Assembly: GCA_963730935.1 (NCBI GenBank)
Contig: CAVSTP010000002.1
Coordinates: forward strand, 672,001-736,000
Source of the DNA: an uncultured Nitrospiraceae bacterium
Lineage (GTDB): Bacteria; Nitrospirota; Nitrospiria; Nitrospirales; Nitrospiraceae
DNA: 64,000 nt
Direction of reading: 5' to 3'
Part shown: piece by piece, positions 59,864 through 64,000 of the stretch
Layout of the letters: every line of letters starts with the position of its first letter
Numbering within the stretch: position 1 is the stretch's first letter
Made by a program: the position numbers and the translations under genes
Notes under the pieces: generated by a model
Database searches by the model: none
What the model saw: only the letters and a program-made list of their open reading frames with translations
What the model was told of the DNA's origin: nothing

Positions 59864-61158
59864 GTCAGCGATTCCTTCACCGAGGTCTGAGAGCGCGTCT
59901 GATCAGTCCCGAAGAGCGTCGTCGGCGCCAGGCCCAACGCCAGGAGGACCAGGACGGCCATTACAAGCGACGCCAATTCCGTCGTGAGCAGATCCGTGTA
60001 GCGCAGATCCTGCCGTTGAGTACCGAACAACAGACGCTGGACCATCTGCATGATGTACCAAGACGAAGTGAGCCAGGCGAGCAGTGTAATGAAGAGGCCG
60101 AGGGTCGAGGGAAAGGGCGAACTCAGCAGCAACCCCATGAATCCGGCAAAGACGCCGAATGGAGGAAGCCCCATCGCGGCCAACGCCAATAATGAGAGCA
60201 GCACGGCGTATTGCGGCATGCCGGATGCCAACCCGCTGACGGCCTGCGGATCGATGTCGTCTCCATATCTGGTGCGAACGACCTGCCATGCAATCAAGAG
60301 TCCGCTCGTTGCGAGGCCGACTGTTCCAACCATTAGGGCCGCACGGGGTGTCGCGGTTCGCGTCGCGGCCACGAACCACCAGAGCATCGAAAAGAACGAA
60401 AGGCTGCCATACGCGAGCAAAAGCCGCACGCGAGACTGTGCCAGTGCCTTGATCGCGCCGTAGAGAGCTCCCAGCAAGGCGAAGAAGGTCACGGTCCAGG
60501 CGACGGTGTCCGGAACCGTCTGAAGAACGCTTGGAAGCCCGTGGAGGCCCGCGATGGGAAGCAGAACCACGATGAATGCCGGCAAGCTGCCGGGCAACCG
60601 TGTCAATGCCGTGAGGTGGCCATCGTGAAAGGGCATGAGAGGCAGGAGCACCGCGCAGGCGACCAGAGATGCCACGGAAGACACAGGTGGACCTACGCCG
60701 ACCGTCAACAAGGCGCAGAAGGCACCGAGGCCGTACGTCCCGATCCCCCACCAAGACATAGGCCAGAGGGCGCTGTGATGGCGGTAGAGCAGAATCGCGA
60801 GGATGACCAGCAGCACCGCCAAGGCGAGGCTGCCAACCACCGGCTGGCTCGTGAGGACGGACAAACCCAGGCCGAGAAGCACCAAGGTCAGGGTGCAGGA
60901 CTGCCGATAATCATCATGGGCCGGCTGTGCGAGAAGGGAGATTACAGCCGTCAGCGGGAGTAGATACAGCGGCAGTAACCCTTCCGGCGGCATCGCGAGG
61001 TAACCGGCGAAGCCAATGAGCGATCCGAAACTGATGGCGGACCAGAGGAGGGAGGAGAGTTTTAGATGGTCGGCATTCGACCAGAAGAACAGGTTCACGA
61101 GAGCTCCCAATAAGGGAGTCCCGGCCAAGAGCCACGAGAGGAGTGCGCCGTCCATCAT
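59851..61158 (-). CDS. NuoM/MrpD-like membrane subunit, divergent
   Basis: PLMPFH, ALYGAIKALAQ..RLLLAYGS, AAMGLPPFG; coupled to both neighbours by overlaps. Confidence 0.8.
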   Translation of the reverse strand: MMDGALLSWLLAGTPLLGALVNLFFWSNADHLKLSSLLWSAISFGSLIGFAGYLAMPPEGLLPLYLLPLTAVISLLAQPAHDDYRQSCTLTLVLLGLGLSVLTSQPVVGSLALAVLLVILAILLYRHHSALWPMSWWGIGTYGLGAFCALLTVGVGPPVSSVASLVACAVLLPLMPFHDGHLTALTRLPGSLPAFIVVLLPIAGLHGLPSVLQTVPDTVAWTVTFFALLGALYGAIKALAQSRVRLLLAYGSLSFFSMLWWFVAATRTATPRAALMVGTVGLATSGLLIAWQVVRTRYGDDIDPQAVSGLASGMPQYAVLLSLLALAAMGLPPFGVFAGFMGLLLSSPFPSTLGLFITLLAWLTSSWYIMQMVQRLLFGTQRQDLRYTDLLTTELASLVMAVLVLLALGLAPTTLFGTDQTRSQTSVKESLTWNR

Positions 61159-62855
61159 CGCGACCAACCCCGTTCTCGTTTATCGAATTGGTGGACCCAC
61201 CGCATGATGGTGTCCCCCAGTAGCTGGTGGAGTTCGTCGGCATACAGGCGGTTCATGAAGGGCAAATAGAGTCGTATCCGCAAGGCGTCGATCCATGCTG
61301 GCATCCGGACGGTCCGGCCGTGGGCAGTCAGATAGAGGTAGGACCAGCTGGCGACCATGAGGATCGTGGCGGCGAGGATGATGAGATCGAAGAGCCAGTC
61401 GGGAAGGTCGGCGGCTTTAAAGTAGGAGGCGACCTCCTCCGGATCGGGATAGAGAAAGGCCGTGAAGGATTCGACGGCGAATAGATAGACGAAGACGATA
61501 AACAGCAAGGTCACCAACATCGCGGCCGAGACCTTCCAGGAGGCAACCTGCCGCAGCCTCGTCAATGTCAAGATGGCCTGTGACGAGGTAATCCAAATGA
61601 AGAAGAGAAAGATGACGGTCCCTTGCGACTCGAGCAATGGAATGCGCAGCACTCCGTGCGTCAATAGGAGAATGAACAGGGGGATCAGGAGCGTCGTGAC
61701 GGATCCGGTGATCCACGTCAGGCGGGACAAGCCCTCTTCATCTGTCTGATGGTCCGCATGAGGGAAATGTGGCTCCTGCCGGGCCTTGTGAATGACATTA
61801 CCGCAATTCAAGAACACCGTGGCCTTGAACAATCCATGCGCGATCAGATGAAACACCGCCAGTGAGAAGGCGCCCAGGCCACACTCCATGATCATATAGC
61901 CCATCTGACCGATCGTCGAGAATCCCAGAGTCTTCTTGATGTCGTTTTGTGCCAACATCATCGTCGCACCGAGGATGGCGGTCAGCGTTCCAATCACAAA
62001 AGCCACGTGCAGCGTCGCCGAACTCAGAGCGAACAGCGGAGCCAGCCGATTAATCAAGAATCCTCCGGCGTTGATGATGCCCGCGTGCAGGAGCGCGTGG
62101 ACGGGGGTCGGAGCGAAGAGCGAGCCGGGCAGCCAGAGATGGATCGGGAACTGCGCCGACTTTCCCATCGCTCCGATGAAAAAAAGGATTGTCACGGCGG
62201 TGACTCCGCTGACCTCCATGCCGAACCCGAGCGGCAAGCTAATCGGTGTTTCGGCCGCTCGAACGAACAGTTCTTGGAATTCAAGCGTCCCATAGAGCTG
62301 ATAGGCGAGCGCAATGCCGGCGAGAAACGCCGTATCCGCCACGCGCAGCAGCGTAAAGGTTTTGAACGCACCGGCCAGCGTTCCGGCGTGAGCATGATTG
62401 TGCGCGAGTACGTAGAGTAGATAGCTGAGGACCTGCCAGAAAAGAAATAGCATCATGAGATTGGAGCTGGAGACCATGCAGACCAGGACAAAATCTGTGA
62501 GGCAGATCATCGCCAGATACCGGCGGGCGTGGTGGTCTTGATACATGTAGCCGATCGAGTACTTGTAAATGATGACGCTGACGGCGGTGATCAGGGTCAT
62601 CATGACCGCGCTCAGCCGATCGACATGAAACCCAATCGGAATGGCGAAGGACCCGATGGAGGAAAGATCGTAAAACCGCAACGAAACGGGACCTTCGGTC
62701 GTGACCTGGTATAGCGTCGCGACGGCTCCCAAACAGGCGGCGCCAACGAGATAGGCGGCCATTCGCGCGCGCGCCTGGCGCGACCTGTTCGAGCCGATCA
62801 GCACCAGTGCGGCGGCGGCGAGCAGGAGCAGGGGGACCAACAGCGTAAACGTCAT
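61155..62855 (-). CDS. dabB: NuoL-like inorganic carbon transporter subunit DabB, copy 1
   Basis: VDRLSAVM, KSAQFPIHLWLP, APTPVHALLHAG, STIGQMGYM, HGLFKA. Confidence 0.88.
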   Translation of the reverse strand: MTFTLLVPLLLLAAAALVLIGSNRSRQARARMAAYLVGAACLGAVATLYQVTTEGPVSLRFYDLSSIGSFAIPIGFHVDRLSAVMMTLITAVSVIIYKYSIGYMYQDHHARRYLAMICLTDFVLVCMVSSSNLMMLFLFWQVLSYLLYVLAHNHAHAGTLAGAFKTFTLLRVADTAFLAGIALAYQLYGTLEFQELFVRAAETPISLPLGFGMEVSGVTAVTILFFIGAMGKSAQFPIHLWLPGSLFAPTPVHALLHAGIINAGGFLINRLAPLFALSSATLHVAFVIGTLTAILGATMMLAQNDIKKTLGFSTIGQMGYMIMECGLGAFSLAVFHLIAHGLFKATVFLNCGNVIHKARQEPHFPHADHQTDEEGLSRLTWITGSVTTLLIPLFILLLTHGVLRIPLLESQGTVIFLFFIWITSSQAILTLTRLRQVASWKVSAAMLVTLLFIVFVYLFAVESFTAFLYPDPEEVASYFKAADLPDWLFDLIILAATILMVASWSYLYLTAHGRTVRMPAWIDALRIRLYLPFMNRLYADELHQLLGDTIMRWVHQFDKRERGWSR

Positions 62856-62984
62856 GAACACCTCATTGCTATCGTGCAACGGTCCATGCGTCGCGCCCTC
62901 GGGAACCTGGAAATGCTGAGAGACACTCAAGCCGGCGGGCTACCATTAATACGGTGTCCTGACGTTCGTCAAGCACGGCGGTCC

Positions 62985-64000
62985 TCACACCCGTTCCTCC
63001 GCTCGCTTCTCAAGGCGTTGGAAGACAGACAGGCGGGTTTGCTCCAGGCGCTGGAACCCTTCATCAACATAGAGACGGTTCAAAAACAGCACATAGAGCT
63101 TGATGCGGATGCTCTCGATCCAGGCCGGCACCAGCAGTGACCGGCCATGGGCCTTCATATAGACATAGCACCAGCCGAGGATGATGACGAGCGTCGCCGC
63201 CCCGATCATCATGTCGAAGAGCCGGTTGGGCAGCTCCGCCGCCTTAAAGTATGAGGCGACATCCTCTTCGTTGGGATACAGGAAGGCGGTGAACGACTCA
63301 ACGGCGAACAGATATACGAAGACGACGAACAAGAGCGTCAGTAGCATGGCGGACGACACTTTCCACGAAGCCACGGCGCGCAAATGCGTCAACGTGAGGA
63401 TGGCTTGCGACGAGGTGACCCAGATGAAAAAGAGGAAGATCACGGTGCCTTGCGCTTCGAGCAGAGGAATATCCAGGATGCCGTGCGTGACCAACAAGAT
63501 CAGCAGAGGGATCATGAGCGTAGTAACAAATCCGGTGAACCACGTCAGCGGCGAGTAGCCCTCCTCGCCCGTGTCATGGGCAATATGGGGGAAATGCGGT
63601 TCCTGTCGCGCTCTGCCGATGACGTTGCCGCAGTTCAAGAACACGGTGGCCTTGAACAATCCATGCGCAATCAAATGAAACACGGCCAAAGAAAAAGCGC
63701 CCAAGCCGCATTCCATGACCATGTAGCCCATCTGGCCGATGGTCGAAAAGCCGAGCATGTTTTTGATGTCGTTCTGCGCCAGCATCATGGAGGCACCGAG
63801 TACCGCGGTCAGTGTGCCGATGAGAAATGCGATGTGCAGCGTCGTCGAGCTGAGGCCGAACAGCGGCGCGAGCCGGTTGATGAGAAAGCCTCCGGCGTTG
63901 ATGATGCCGGCGTGCAAGAGCGCTGTCACGGGGGTCGGAGCATACAGATAGCGCGGAAGCCAGATGTGAAAAGGAAACTGTGCGGACTTGCTCATGCCGC
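62985..64000 (-). CDS. dabB: NuoL-like DabB paralog, copy 2; 5' end outside the window
   Basis: KSAQFPFHIWLP, APTPVTALLHAG, HGLFKATVFLNCGNVI; highly similar to copy 1. Confidence 0.88.
   Translation of the reverse strand, partial: GMSKSAQFPFHIWLPRYLYAPTPVTALLHAGIINAGGFLINRLAPLFGLSSTTLHIAFLIGTLTAVLGASMMLAQNDIKNMLGFSTIGQMGYMVMECGLGAFSLAVFHLIAHGLFKATVFLNCGNVIGRARQEPHFPHIAHDTGEEGYSPLTWFTGFVTTLMIPLLILLVTHGILDIPLLEAQGTVIFLFFIWVTSSQAILTLTHLRAVASWKVSSAMLLTLLFVVFVYLFAVESFTAFLYPNEEDVASYFKAAELPNRLFDMMIGAATLVIILGWCYVYMKAHGRSLLVPAWIESIRIKLYVLFLNRLYVDEGFQRLEQTRLSVFQRLEKRAEERV

Noticed and set aside
59851..64000. Respiratory complex I or Mrp antiporter operon
   Set aside because: No other nuo or mrp genes are in the window, and direct coupling to DUF2309 indicates a DAB-type system.

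Overview
This is a 64 kb bacterial chromosome segment around the replication origin. Gene content and intergenic repeat style suggest Nitrospira (inference only). The core genes are hisS, dsrEFH-like genes, oriC, dnaA-dnaN-gyrB-gyrA, dciA, smpB, ssrA (tmRNA) and thyX. Most genes are on the minus strand, and many long plus-strand ORFs in the track are antisense shadows. Left end: a truncated B12-radical SAM gene (missed by the ORF track), phhB, a ParB-like protein, an APC permease, ppk2, an FGE-family protein and a His-rich microprotein. The main finding is at 8581-14153: a 5.6 kb mosaic of cargo genes at the tmRNA 3' end, split by four internal or outer junctions. These junctions can be re-joined by eye into two symmetric attP-like sites centred on the same GA dinucleotide. 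Only short C-terminal scraps of probable serine recombinases remain, so the region looks like a stacked, cassette-like array of integrase-less elements. Between ssrA and smpB lies a 26 kb efflux/detox block: two RND systems, an ABC exporter, a triple-GAF sigma54 activator with two predicted target promoters, and a doxX pseudogene. Right end: a DAB-type inorganic carbon transport operon with two NuoL-like subunits, one degenerate NuoM-like subunit, DabA and a PII protein. All calls come from reading motifs by eye; no database search was run.
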